Below are positions 1-13,294 of a stretch of 64,000 nt of DNA, one piece after another. Each line of letters begins with the position of its first letter. Position 1 is the stretch's first letter. The notes beneath the pieces are model-generated. The model searched no databases. It saw nothing but the letters and a program-made list of their open reading frames with translations, and was not told the origin of the DNA. The DNA lies in assembly GCA_025603075.1 (NCBI GenBank), contig MU626272.1, positions 124,001-188,000 of the forward strand. Reading direction: 5' to 3'. A program made the position numbers and the translations under genes. The DNA is from Neoconidiobolus thromboides FSU 785 (Eukaryota; Fungi; Entomophthoromycota).

Positions 1-1400
1 TATGAGAATTTCTAGCTCCGTCCAAAAGAATATTATCTTCTCATTTTGATATTTATACTTTTCAGAGTATAAAAGAGTTTACAGAGTATAATAGTTCAAG
101 GCTTTTTAACTGAATTATTCCCTAATATCTCGAACATTTAATAAAGCCACTAAGTTTTCTTAATAGTATTTTACATAGATTTTACATTAGTATTGTCTAT
201 TCTATTTGTCTTATATAGCTTGTAACCTATTACATGGTATTCCTCATAATCCAAGTCTATCTTAGTCACATAAAGTAAGACCTTTCGACTTATAGTGTAG
301 TCAACCCAACAATAGCTGTTCTTGACTCCAAACCCTGAGTACCAGATTTCACAGAAGAGTACATAATTGTAAATAGGATTTATTTCAAAGAAGTATTCCA
401 AAAGTTAAAGTTTTTAGAAATTTATTCTATTGACGGATATTTCAAAAGATCGGTTCTACTAGTTCTACTAGTTTTACTCTCAGCTATAAGCACTTTGATA
501 TTTAATATCTATGGCAGTGAAATACCGTGTTTTGAAATTCTTTAAATAGATTGGATAATCTGAGGATACTTGAGTTGTGTGATATCGCTTTTAACTTAGA
601 GCAACTTGCTTATTTATTACATAAACAGTCCTCTCAGTTGAAAAAGTTCAATATTGAGTTTTTAAATAATGAAGGTTGAAATGAAATATGTATAAATTCC
701 AATAATTATCTAAAACTTAGTACATTCTATTATGACTATTTTGATAAAATAAAGCTTAATAGAGTATCAAATTTAAAGAAGTTATTACTATATGAGGCCG
801 ATTTACCAGAAATACAAATAGATTGGGGATGTATTTTTTTATCTAATAATTTTACCAACAACTTTTCCATTTAAATAGTGCTTAAAAAATGAAAAAAATG
901 ATGAAACTAAAAAAACATCCCCAGATATTATGTTTCCAAATTGAATTATTTGAGTTTATGCTATTGTGTTGACTTCTCATCAAAACATTTTTACTCAATA
1001 TTTAATATGTCAACAATTACGCATATAAAGTTATCTATATGTCCTAGTTTAATATTTTTAGTTAAAGATATTTATCCAAAAAAGTACAACAATTTAATAG
1101 CATTGAAAATCTAATATTCTATCTTGGGAGTCAATTTTTTAAATTCTTTATATACTTTAGCTCCCAATTTACATAATCCCAAGATATAAAACTGTGATTT
1201 TGTTAATGATTTAACACTTTCAATTAAACAAAAGAAATAAATATTAGGCCACAATTTGACTATTGCTGAGTTTGATGATAAGGCTAATGTTAATTCGAAT
1301 GTTTCCATTAAATATGCGTTAGCCCATTTTAGAAAATATCAAACTATTTAAGATGTCCAATTTGGATAGTAGTTTAGCAAAATATATTAACAAGTATGGC
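1..1400 (-). pseudogene. Possible decayed lineage-specific gene (LRR/F-box-like relic), interrupted by a MITE copy
   Basis: Two protein-like minus-strand ORF fragments (171-401, 1111-1308) with Leu/Ile-rich LxxL spacing. No complete gene model; MITE at 825-922 lies between them. Family assignment is a guess. Confidence 0.25.
825..922 (+). mobile_element. MITE family A copy 1
   Basis: GGGGATGTATTTTTTT...AAAAAAACATCCCC with the family core. Flanks GATT/AGAT do not match. Confidence 0.85.
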
Positions 1401-2052
1401 TCAATTTTTAGTAAATTAGTAAAGTGGTGACTTTATTATAGTTAGTACAAAATCTCTTACTATAAAAAGGGCCGTTTATATTCTTTTATTAATTATCTCC
1501 TTGATAACTTTTAATATCCTACTTTGAAATACCTTCTTTTCTTTTCTAAGGCCCATTTACTTTTTGACTTCATCCCTTCCTGATCCTCCATAACCATTTT
1601 TAACTGAATCAAAGCTCAAAGCTTTTTAGTTTCATAGTTGTAAAAGGTGCTATTTTATTTAATTACATACTTGTTTTATTGATTCCAACTTTACAAATAT
1701 AGCTATTATCTATTCCTATTAAAGAGCAATTACTAAATAAATAATCCTAAAACTCTAATATTGTTACTAAAAGATAGAGTAAAAGTATCCTTTTTTTGTA
1801 AGTTTATAAGTAAACATACGTATATTTAGTTACGTTGATATAGGCTATTTATGAGGCAGTATTATATTTTATAAAGTACTCACTATTTTTATAAAAGCTA
1901 TTACCTGAAATATATATTAGAAACCTGAAACTATATCAATAATAAAAAACATTTAGAATAAATTAGATATTTATTATATAATAAATTAAATAAAGAGAAC
2001 ACATATTCTAAGTAGTAATAATAACCAAATCCAACTCCCCCTTATTCATTTT

Positions 2053-3276
2053 TTAAGGGTATCCACAATAGATTGATCCATTAGCTGGATTATTTTGACA
2101 TTTGGTACCTGGACCACATTCTCTATAAACAAATTTATTGAAATTACATGTCAAAAATCCATTACGACCATCGGCGGCACACATCATTTGACCTTCTCTA
2201 TCACAAGCTCCAGGAATTGGTGAAGGAAGTCTAACTGGATAAGTACCACTTACTGGAGGTGGTGGCATTGGATAAGTAGCACCTACTGATGTTGAGGGCA
2301 TTGAGTAAGCTGTGTCAGTAATTGGTGGTGGAGTAGGCATATTATAAGATGGAGGAGTAGTTGGTGATGTAGTTGGGTATGTTATCCTCTTTGCATCAAC
2401 ACCACTTACAATGGTTGGTGATGAAAACCCATATTCAGTAGAACCAACTGTATTCATTGCATTTGAGTCAACAGAGCCGGTAGGGTAAGATGAGGCAGCA
2501 GAACTACCTATACTGGTTGAGCTACTGCTGTCACCAAATAGATTTCCAAAGAATCCACCACTGCTACTTGTTGAACTAGGAGTACTATAATCACTAGAGC
2601 TTGAACTTGAACTTGAGCCTGATCCAAACAAATCATCAAATCCTAATCCACCACTACCTAAGGACTTACCAGTTGGTCCAGATCCATAAGAGCTACTTGT
2701 ACTTGTACTACTGCTTTCATAAGGAGAAGATGATGAAGAGCTGGAACCAAGAGAGTCGGATCCAGTAGACAAACTATCTGATCCTGAAGACAAAGCATCT
2801 GAAGAACCGGATAAAGAATCTGAAGAACCGGATAAAGAATCCGAAGAACCAGATAAAGAATCTGATTGGGAGGTTAAAGCACCAGTCGTGTTCATAGAAG
2901 GATTAGATTTTGCACCAAAATCAAAGGAAGCGCCCGAGGAAGAAGAAGAAGTAGGATCAGCACTGAGGCTTGAACTACTTGAACTACTCAAAGAACTATC
3001 TGAACCTAAGGACGAACTTGAGCTTGAGCCACTACTTGAGTATGAATTAGATAAGTCTGTTGGTAAAGCATCTGAGCTTGAGCTTGAGCTTGAGCTTGAG
3101 CTTGAGCTTGAAGAGCCTAAATCAGAACTTGGAGATAAAGCATCTGTATTTAAACTAGTGGCATCACTTGATGAAGCGGAACTTGAAGTATCTAATTCAC
3201 TTCCACTTAAAGGATATTGACCATATACTAAAGATAACACAGTTATCAAAGGCAATATTATTTGACTACTTTTCAT
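2053..3276 (-). CDS. Secreted Ser/Gly-rich mucin-like cell-wall protein with C-terminal six-Cys CBM19-like chitin-binding module
   Basis: Intronless 407-aa ORF: hydrophobic signal peptide (MKSSQIILPLITVLSLVYG), very long Ser-rich tract, Pro/Thr linker, and terminal CDREGQMMC...FLTC...ECGPGTKC...YC pattern. Confidence 0.8.
   Translation of the reverse strand: MKSSQIILPLITVLSLVYGQYPLSGSELDTSSSASSSDATSLNTDALSPSSDLGSSSSSSSSSSSSSSDALPTDLSNSYSSSGSSSSSSLGSDSSLSSSSSSSLSADPTSSSSSGASFDFGAKSNPSMNTTGALTSQSDSLSGSSDSLSGSSDSLSGSSDALSSGSDSLSTGSDSLGSSSSSSSPYESSSTSTSSSYGSGPTGKSLGSGGLGFDDLFGSGSSSSSSSSDYSTPSSTSSSGGFFGNLFGDSSSSTSIGSSAASSYPTGSVDSNAMNTVGSTEYGFSSPTIVSGVDAKRITYPTTSPTTPPSYNMPTPPPITDTAYSMPSTSVGATYPMPPPPVSGTYPVRLPSPIPGACDREGQMMCAADGRNGFLTCNFNKFVYRECGPGTKCQNNPANGSIYCGYP
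2798..2860. repeat. 21-bp coding tandem repeat x3 (SGSSDSL-type units)
   Basis: tctgaagaaccggataaagaa repeated three times with 2 mismatches in the third unit. Confidence 0.9.
3073..3108. repeat. (TGAGCT)6 coding microsatellite encoding poly-Ser on the minus strand
   Basis: Read directly from the sequence. Confidence 0.9.
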
Positions 3277-4317
3277 ACTTTCTAAGATTCTTTATATTAA
3301 TAGCTTCAAGCTTTAAACTAGAAAATTTAAGTTGAGTAGAACTTGAAGTTGATATTATATACTTTCTTGTATTCTCTATCTTTTGGAGTTCCCCTTAATC
3401 ACTCTTGAATTCGATCTACTCTAAACAAGGATTTACTTGTTAAATTTTCATTGCTTAGCGTCATTATTTAAAAATAGTATCACCTTTTTTTAACTACTAT
3501 TATTATTGATCTTCATCGTTTTCATTTAATTTTAATTTTTTTAAACTAATCTTTTCATTACTTTATTTTGGTTGTTTGATCATCACCATTTTTGGTTCTT
3601 GGCATTTTTTAAATTGCTGAGTGTTTAATTTTTATTTCAAAGAAAATAATACAGTTTTCATTTGTTACTTCAACTTGACATAACCTCAAAGTTGCTATTA
3701 AAGAAGTAAAATAGTTGCTAGTTTTGAACCCCTTAGCTCAAATAAGTTTCAATATTTTTAACATGGATTTGATAAAGCGGAAGTGTGATGGCACAGAATA
3801 TTTCACCAGTTATTAGTAACTATAAGAAGCTTATCAGTAACTGGGTGAATATTCAGCATCCTCATACTTTCTCACTTTATTAAATACATGTTGGTTTATT
3901 AAGAGCAATTTTTAGCTTAAATTCTAAACTACACTAGCAACTATATTGACCCTAGCTTTCTACACTCAAAGGCAATAATCAAGTCTATGGAAGTTAAGCC
4001 TATCGCTTAACAAAGCAGACATAAACATAGCGAATTCACCAAACATTAAAAGGTTAAGTATATACTACTATAGTACTTTTTTCTACTAGCTCAACACTAA
4101 TATTTGAAATATTTAACTGTGCTTATACTTACTATGTTATAACTTTAAAAGTCCTATCACTAATATTTAAACTATTGATAAAATATTCATTTACTCAAAC
4201 TATTTTTATTACTAATAAATGGAATGAAAATCAAGTTTGTATTTTTTTATTACTAATTTCAACTTTAAAAATAAAATTGAAAATTTAACTTTGATACTTT
4301 TTCGAAATTAATTTAAA

Positions 4318-5989
4318 ATGGAATCTCAAAATCAAGATCAAATTAATGACAACAATATTGAAGAGGTTAACCACGAGGTTAACGCTGATGAAGTTGAAGA
4401 TGTGTTAGAATTAGATGAAAATAACCAATTTCAAGAAAGTAATTTTTATACATAATTTTAAAATCGTTTATTAATTTGATCTTATTAATAGACTCAAATG
4501 AAGATCCAAATGAAAACGAAGGACAAATGCTACTTGAAGATGACTCAGTACAAGGGTTCTTTGAACATAAAGGTATGATAATAACTATTGCTTGTGTACA
4601 ATTTTAACGGACTTTGTTTTCTTTAATTAGAGCCTATTTTTTCAGTAAATGTCCACCCAACACTTGATAATTTAGTTGTAACCGGAGGAGGAGATGATAA
4701 AGCCTATTTATGGAATTTTACTACTGGAGAAACCGTACATAAATTTGAAGGTAAGTTAATAATAATTAACCGTTACTAAAAATACTTATATTTCATTTTA
4801 AAGGGCATAAAGATTCAGTTATTGCTGTAGAATTTAGTAACTGTGGTAAATATTTAGCTACTGGTGGTATGGATGGTATTGTACAAATATTTAGTGGAGA
4901 GGATGGCAAATGGATTGGGACTTTAGAAGGGCCAGATGAAGTTACTTGGATTAAATGGCATCCTAAGGGACCAGTCGTATTAGTTGGTAGCAATGATTCA
5001 ACTATTTGGATGTATCAAATTCCTTCTGGTAAAGTTATGAATGTATTTTCAGGTCATACTGGTTCAGTTACTTGTGGTACTTTTACTCATGATGGTAATG
5101 GCTTTTATTAGCTTTCGTATTATTGAATTTTATGAATATTATATTTAGGTAAAAAAATTGTTACTTGCTCAGAAGATTCCTCGCTTATTGTATTTGATCC
5201 TGTTTCTACTGCAGCTACAGTTCGATTAAATTCAGGTGATATTTTTTGTTTATTTGATAGAGGGCACAAAATTTAGAATTATTTATTAGATGATGCTCGC
5301 TTCCATCAAAATATTATTACATGCCTTGCAATTCATCAAGATAATGCTTTAGCTATCACTGGATCAACTGATCACAGCGCAAAACTTGTGCGAATTTCCG
5401 ATGGAGAAGTAATTATTGTTTTTATTATAAATTATAACTTTTTAAACAAGATTATTTAGATTATAAGCTCATTTGAAAATCATACAGATTCAGTTGAATC
5501 TGTTGGGTTTTGTGATATGTAAATCTTGTAGTTATTATTTTTGGTCCACTATTAATCATCCTTGTTTATAGCTTACCATTAGTAGCAACTGGCTCTGTAG
5601 ATGGTACAATTAATATCTGGGATTTCACGACAATGAGATTAAGACAAACCTTAAATCACGATGTAATTTGATATAAATATATATATATAATACGTTTAAT
5701 AGCTATTGTTTTTATTTAATAGGACTCGGTAATTAAGATTCAATGGCAAAAAGCAAGTCCATATCTATTCTCTATTTCAGTTGACCAAAGTGTGAGATTG
5801 TGGGATGCACGTAATGGACAATTAGTTAAACAATGGAATGGACATACAGATTCTATCCTATCATTTGCTATTTCAAAGTAATAATTAACATTTATAATAC
5901 AAATATTTTATTAAATTATTATTTTTAGTCAAGGCGATAAGGTTATCACTGGCTCTGACGATGGCTGTTCTTTAGTATTTAAAGTTTAA
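4318..5989 (+). CDS. SQT1: Ribosome assembly WD40 protein SQT1/AAMP (multi-exon)
   Basis: Acidic N-terminus, then EDDSVQGFFEHK..., VVTGGGDDKAYLW, LATGGMDG, LEGPDEVTWIKWHPKGPVVLVGSNDSTIWM, FSGHTGSVTCG, GSDDG. GT-AG introns; TAA at 5987-5989. Confidence 0.9.
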
Positions 5990-6098
5990 TAAAAAATCAT
6001 AGAATTTATTGCTTATTTATTTTGTATTACTTTAAACTTATTTTTGAGAATCAATTTTTATTTTTTGTTAAATTATATAAACTAGCAGAAATATTGAA

Positions 6099-8299
6099 AT
6101 GGGAGATAGCAATAATAAAGAAAGGATTCATTTCGGTTCTATTGAAGAAATCGAAAAAGATAATAATAAAAGGGATATTCAAGAGGTAATTAGACTATTA
6201 ACTACTAAATGAATGGTTTTAATCTTAATTTCATCATTTAGGTAAATCAAAATGATTTAGTCGATATAGATAAAATGGGTAAAACATTATAATATATCAT
6301 AATAATTGTATTAAATAACTATTTGTAAAAATAGAAACCAAATTTGGTTATAGAGAAGAAGTCGGCACTCGAGCATCATTAGAACAGCAGCAGCTATTAG
6401 AAGAATTCGAACGAAATAAGCGAGCAAAAAGTTTAACTATACCAACAGATGATAATAAAGTCAAAGCTAAACTACGAGAATTAAAAGAACCTATTACTTT
6501 GTTTGGTGAAAGGGTAAATATTATTTACTATCAATTAATAATGTTTTGAATTTTATACTTTAATTTTTAGCCAGGTGACAGAAGGGCTCGATTAAGGACC
6601 TTATTGACTGGTGACAATACTATTACCATTGAGGACGAGGCTGCTGAAAGTAGTGGTAGTGAGGTAGTTTTTATAAATTTTTGAATTTAAAATATATTAA
6701 TAATTAGTCTGGTGAATTCTTCACCTATGGCTCTGAGTATCTTAGACAAAGTAGAGTTGATATTGGATTGTTTTCACTCCCAAGGTAATTAATAATATTA
6801 CAGAATTAAAATAACTAATGAATTCATAGAGCACATGAGAGATTGAAGTTTGAGGCATCTGAAGAAAAAAGACCAATTGCACATGGAAAAGCATTAAGGC
6901 AAGATTTATTTAAATATTTAAAGGTATATATAAACAAAGCCTATCGTTGTATTATTTTTTTATTTTATATTTATAGACATATGGTAACTATAGTTCCCAA
7001 GTTGGTGATGAAAGACCACTAACTCAATGTAAATTCTCACCCGACTCAAAAATGTTACTAACTGGTTCTTGGAACGGAAATTGCAAATTATGGTCTATAC
7101 CAGAATCAAAACATATCATGACATTTAGAGGTATTTATTAATATTAAGGGTATTTATGTAAAGTAAACAATCGAAATAATTAGGACATACCGATAGACTT
7201 TGCGGTATTGCATTTCATCCCAAGTCAACTATTTCACAATCTAAATCAGAAGTTAATTTTGCAACTGGGTCTTCGGACAATTTGATTAACTTATGGGGAC
7301 TTGAAAAGTAATTTTTATATATAATTATATTTTATTTTATTAAATTAATTACAGAGACACACCAATTGAAACTTTATCTGGACATCAATCTAGAGTATCA
7401 AGAGTTGAGTTTCATCCTTCAGGCAAATACCTCGCATCCTCTAGGTAATTGTTTTATAATAATAATATTTAAGTAGTTAAATTTTATAAATATAGTTTTG
7501 ATACAACATGGCGATTATGGGATGTTCATACAAGTAATGAAATATTAGTAGGACAAAATAGAGACAGAGAACTACTATTACAAGAAGGTCATTCTAGAGA
7601 AGTTTATAATTTATCATTTCAAGCCGATGGTTCTTTAATCGCAACTGGGTAATTTATAATTTTATAACAAGTATAGTGTATATTTATATCTCTTTAGTGG
7701 TTTAGATGCTATTGGTAGAGTTTGGGATCTAAGGAATGGAAAGTCCATAATGGATCTGAAAGGACATGTAAAGGAAATATTAGGCATTGATTTCTCGCCT
7801 AATGGGTAAGACTAATTCAAAAAATATATAAAATATACACTCATTTAAAAATAGGCATGAAATTGCAACTTCTAGTGAAGATAATACAATCAAAATCTGG
7901 GATGTTCGTAAATTATCTACAATTTATACAATACCTGCACATAAATCAATTGTGTCTGATGTGAAATATTATCATGGTGATGTTAAACTAAATCGGGAGC
8001 ATGTTGATCCAGATACTAAAGTAAAATCCAACATGGAAATCCCTATTAACGGGCTCTATCTTGTTTCCTCATCTTTTGACGGTATGTTAAAAATGTGGTC
8101 AGCTGATGATTATCGCCTTATTCATGCTATTTCTGCCCATGATGGTAAAGTCATGGGCTTCGATGTTGCGCCTGGTTTGTTTTTTTTTTATATATGTTAA
8201 CAGGTGTTAATTTATTTTTATTTAGATAATAAGGTTATTGTTACTGCTGGTTATGATCGCACATTCAAGCTTTGGTCCTCAGATGAAGTTCCACTCTAA
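6099..8299 (+). CDS. PRP4: U4/U6 snRNP protein Prp4 (PRPF4): PRP4 motif plus WD40 repeats (multi-exon)
   Basis: IHFGSIEE; [25 protein letters not shown]...DRRARL; SQVGDERP; [11 protein letters not shown]; [13 protein letters not shown]; [14 protein letters not shown] at 8297-8299. Confidence 0.93.
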
Positions 8300-8761
8300 A
8301 GTTTTATAAAACAGCTTAAATCTATTTGTTTCAAGTTTACTGTTTGCCTTTTTAAAAATCACTTTTTATAACATTAAATAATCAAACAAATAAAAATCAC
8401 CATTAATTAACCATATATTTAATAGAGAGTATTCAAAAGTGATTGATTATAATATATCATATTTAAATAAAGTACTACTTATTTTAATAAACCATCGATG
8501 AACTAATATTATGTTTTTGCCTGAGATAACAATTCTTGATTTGCCCAAAATTCTCGAGAACTAAATTTTCTAGCCAATCCATTGCAATCCTTCTCAAATC
8601 AAAACTAGTGAATATTTTAACATACCAATTTCCATAAAATTATTAGGTTCTCTTTTAATTACCCAGCGTAAATTTTAAATTTTAGCGGGAAAAGACCAAC
8701 TTTATTAAAAGTAAACTTAATAAAAACAAATCAATTTTAATCAAAGTTAGTTAACTGAATC

Positions 8762-9698
8762 ATGGTAATGGCAACCTTTTATACCTTTATAGCCCAAAAC
8801 TTAATTTTACTCTTTTAGCCTCAAAATGATTATATTGACGAGAGTATCAAGCGCCATGGTCGCCGTTTCAATCATGAAGAACGCATGTAAAATAAATTCC
8901 CAATTTTAACACAAATAACTAAACCTATTTTAGGCGTAAGAAAGAAGCACGTTCAGCACATAAAGCTTCAGCATATGCTCAAAAAGTCCATGGTTTAAAG
9001 GCTAAGTTGTACAACAAGAAACGTCATGCTGAGAAGATTCAGATGAAGAAGACGATCAAGCAGCATGAAGAGAAATCAGCTAAAAAGAAGGGAGATGAAG
9101 CAGTACCAGAAGGTGCTGTACCAGCTTATCTTTTAGATCGTGAAAGTGAGAAGCGAGCTAAAGTATTAAGTAACATGGTCAAACAAAAGCGTAAAGAAAA
9201 GGCTGGAAAATGGGATGTACCATTACCTAAGGTACGTGGTATTGCAGAAGATGAAATGTTTAAAGTGTTGAAGAGTGGTAAAAGTAAGAGTAAGCAATGG
9301 AAACGTATGGTGACCAAGTGTACTTTTGTTGGCGATGGTTTCACACGTAAACCACCAAAGTATGAAAGATTTATTCGTCCTATGGCTCTTCGTTATAAAA
9401 AGGCCCATGTTACCCATCCTGAGCTCAAAGCTACTTTCCATCTTCCAATTATCGGTGTTAAAAAGAATCCACAATCACCATTATATACTCAATTAGGGGT
9501 TTTAACTAAAGGTACCGTTATTGAAGTTAATGTTTCCGAACTTGGGTTAGTTACCTCAGGCGGTAAAGTAGTTTGGGGTAAATTTGCACAAATTACAAAT
9601 AATCCAGAGTTAGATGGGTGTATTAATGCAGTGGTAATTATATAATATATATTAATAGTAATAATTATTTATTAATATTTTTTTAGCTTTTGGTATAA
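8762..9698 (+). CDS. NSA2: Ribosome biogenesis protein NSA2 (4 exons; first exon ATG only, last exon LLV*)
   Basis: [17 protein letters not shown]..., [51 protein letters not shown]. Confidence 0.97.
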
Positions 9699-11025
9699 AC
9701 GTAAATTAATGAAAAAATAAAAAATTGGTAATAAATTCTTTTATTTATGAGAATTTACTCTTGATTGAACCACCCTTTATCTCTTGTATCCTTTATATTT
9801 GTTTACATCTCCCTCCCCTTACCCATAGACCTCTCATTTATTTTTGGCGAATTTTAACTGAATTCTCTTTAATAAAGTAATTCTAGCATGAATTAAACTA
9901 TGAAGCTATCGATTTTGATATGAATTTAAAAATATACAGTTATATAGTGTTTGAGACCATGCTTTCTTCTATTATGCCACATATTGACACAAAAAGTTAA
10001 TATGAGTTTTTTAAAGTTATTTGTAATATAGTCCTTATACAATCATACAAAGTTGAATTTTGCACTTTTACATAATCATGGTTATTATTGTTCTGAATCT
10101 TCTTTTAACTGTTACTTTATATTAATAAATCCCTTGCTAGTTTTTAGCTTGACATATATTTCAAAAAAAGCAAAACAAATAAGATAAATACATATTTAAA
10201 TAAAACTTTATTAATTTGCAAAAATTGAGTCATATTCATTCGAGTATTTTTCTAAATCATTGTTAGATCCAACACTTTGAATAATTATATATATTTATAA
10301 TGAGTTAAAACACACTCAAGAAAAACATTTGAATTATAATTATAATTATTATCAAATTCTACAATATTTAAATTTTTATATAATATACGTTTCTTTGCTT
10401 ACAAATAATGGATTGCTAATAAAATTATAATATTGTACTTTTAAGCTATATAGATTTAGACACAAAGTATGTAAAAATTATAAAACTCAATTTTCAAAGT
10501 GCAAAGACAAACCTTTAATGCTATTATATCGTTACGCTTTTTGGGATAGATATCACTAATTAAAAAAAAGGAAATATTATACATGAATAACTAAATAAGT
10601 GAGTATTAACATATTTAATATAGAGTGAATAAATTTAGATGTAAATTTAATACAATAGTCTAAACTTAGTTGATTTAATTTTGGAAATAATTCATTATTA
10701 TCACTACTTTAAAACCAAATTGTTTATTTAATATAAAATTAAGTTGAAAATAACTTAATTTGAGTGTTTTTAAATTTCTAAATTATTTATTTTCAAAATA
10801 AACTAGTAAATTTAAATCTATTTTTAATAGCATTTTTTCAAAAACTTTAATATCTGAGTTAATCTATATTATAAAAAAAAGTATAAAAAACATACTTAAC
10901 TATAATAAATAACGTCATCTTATCGAGTTAAATTTAATAGGATTATTTTACAAAAATCCCATATTATTTTTTCAATTAAAAAAGGCCAAGTTAATTAATT
11001 TAATTATATTTTAAAATAAACATTA

Positions 11026-11122
11026 GGGGATGTATTTTTGTGTTTAAGAATTTTGCTCAATTTTTCTACTCAAATAACGCTTAAAAGATGGAAAAAATAA
11101 TGAAGCCAAAAAAAACATCACC
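11026..11122 (+). mobile_element. MITE family A copy 2
   Basis: GGGGATG...CATCACC; flanked by an ATTA/ATTA direct repeat. Confidence 0.9.
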
Positions 11123-11199
11123 ATTAATACTACTCAGCTATGCTTTTTATTTTGATTTGATTATTAAATTATTAAAAAGAATTCCTTATTTATTGATAT

Positions 11200-11296
11200 G
11201 GGGATGTATTTTTGTGTTTAAGAATTTTACTGACAATCTTTCTACTCAAATAGTACTTAAAAGACGGAAAAAATAATGAAGCCAAAAAAGCACCTC
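11200..11296 (+). mobile_element. MITE family A copy 3
   Basis: GGGGATG...CACCTC; ATAT/ATAT flanks. Confidence 0.9.
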
Positions 11297-13294
11297 ATAT
11301 TATCATCAAGATTTTTCAATACTAGGAATAATTTTAATTATTAGCATTTTAATAAAGCTAAAAAAAGTTCTTTTTATTCAAAAGAGCAAATTGCTTATAA
11401 TATAAAAAATAAAATATTTATTATATTTCCAGGAATGAAAACACTTAAGCTCTATTGCTTTTTCATTATCAAAAAGACTCTTTATTAATTGAAAGTCTGT
11501 TAAAAGTCTGTTAAAAATACAAATATTCGAATACAACTCTTTGAGTTTAAATATGAAATATATAACAATGATTTTTATATTTAATAGATATCTTATTGCC
11601 CTGATCTAAAGCCTAAAGTACCAATTTTTATTCTCAAATAAGTGTGGACTTAAACTTAAGTAGTTGTAAGCTTACCTCATATTCAAAAAATATTTAGGCT
11701 AATTCAACATTAAACTAAAGCCACAAAAGATATTTTTGGCTTTTTTTCACCTCTGATTAAATCAAAAAAATTTACTTAATTTTCCCGTTTTAACTGCTAT
11801 TTTTTGAATAATAATTCAGTATAAAAATAAACATCAACCCAAATTTAGTTTAGGGTGGTTTTGGTTTTACCTTCAACCAATAAAATGGACAGAAGTTGTA
11901 TACCTGATTTACTGAAATAAGCAAAAGATGTGGGTGTCAAAAAGATAACAAATTTTATCTGTCCAGATTTGATCACAGCTTTATCTATTAATAAATTTGT
12001 ATTTAAATGCTAAACAATGGCAATAAATAAAATTTCAAAAGCCTATCTAATCTTTATATTCTATTAGTGTCATAACAATCAAAGCCTTGTGATCGCATAT
12101 CCTAATTTATTATCTCTGGCATCTTCAATATCGATTACTATCTAAAAGTAATCGATTTACATTAAAAATCGAATTGAAGTTATCGTTTCTATTTATTGTT
12201 TACCATAATACTTATTTAGGGGGCAATTAAAACAGTTCTTTATCAAATTTATTAGTAGAACGGTGCTTTATATTTTTAATTAACTGCTTATCAATGTGTT
12301 GTAATTGACCATTTTAGTCTTTTGAGCTTAGTTTTATATTAAATTAGAGTTGATAAGAATAAATTTAATTTACAAACTGATATTGTAAAAATAAGATATT
12401 AAAATATTATATTTTTATTCTATTTTTATGATGACTATGAGAGTTTCGAAAGATCCTAATAAGTTTTAATTTTATTGAAGACGTTTAAAAAAGATCAAAA
12501 ATAGTTAGATTTTAAGAATTTTCATTTTAATTAAACTTTCCGTCACTTTAAAAATTGTTGTTTTGTTAAGCTATTTTATCCCCTTCCACTATATCATTGT
12601 TCTTGGGCTTAAATTGAAGTGAGAATTTAACTTTAACTGTTATTTTTTTAGATAAAAGTTATACAAATGAATTCAAATTAAGCCTAGTAAATTTTAATAA
12701 TAATTAAATAATATGAAATTATTATTAGGAAATTTTAACTTTAAGTTTGACTAATATTTCTTTGCGTTATTGAAAAGGAGATTTTACTTAAGGAATCACT
12801 ATTATCTAATTGAAGGACTTTATTTCCACTTCATAAAAAACCCAAGCACCAAGCTCGCAGTATTCAAAAAAGAGTGAAGTGACATAGCATGAAGGTTAGT
12901 AAACAAATAATTACCTCTATTAATAAAAGAATACATAAATATAATAATAAAACACCCATTTATCTTTATTATCAACATATTTTTAGATAAATTTGATAAG
13001 CTTAACTTCAATTTCTAGTATTGATTTCCTTGATGAACTTCATGCTTTAAGCCTAAGCTTTCTATTAATTAAACTGTGCTTAAAATAACTTTTAAACATG
13101 TAAAATATAGAATGATAACAGATTTTAAATTTAATTAAATGGCACCATAAATTAAAATCTTATCAAATAAATAAATAATATTCTAAATTAAATATATATT
13201 ATTATAAAATAAATTTTATATTTTATTACATAGCACAACTTAATTGGAGAAGATAAATAAATGTTTTGAATCAACAAAATAGCAAAATAAAGAA

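Noticed and set aside
2888-3220. 110-aa plus-strand ORF rich in ELELEL
   Set aside because: Antisense shadow of the poly-Ser repeats in the 407-aa gene.
7520-7575. Roughly 10-aa insertion ([12 protein letters not shown]) in a Prp4 WD repeat, possibly a retained micro-intron
   Set aside because: In frame and stop-free; the tested 28-nt GT-AG excision breaks the frame and the 15-nt one is far below the intron sizes seen here. Most simply a loop insertion.
9126-9474. Minus-strand ORFs inside NSA2, and similar short ORFs inside SQT1, ILS1, SLA1, the MFS gene, 14-3-3 and the peptidase
   Set aside because: Antisense or off-frame shadows of conserved genes with no independent signature.
11088-11276. 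62-aa ORF MEKIMKPKKTSP...
   Set aside because: Made from the end of MITE copy 2, the spacer and MITE copy 3.
12700-13060. Kinase-like LFFEYCELG fragment on the minus strand
   Set aside because: No other kinase motifs (VAIK, HRD, DFG) nearby and many stops.
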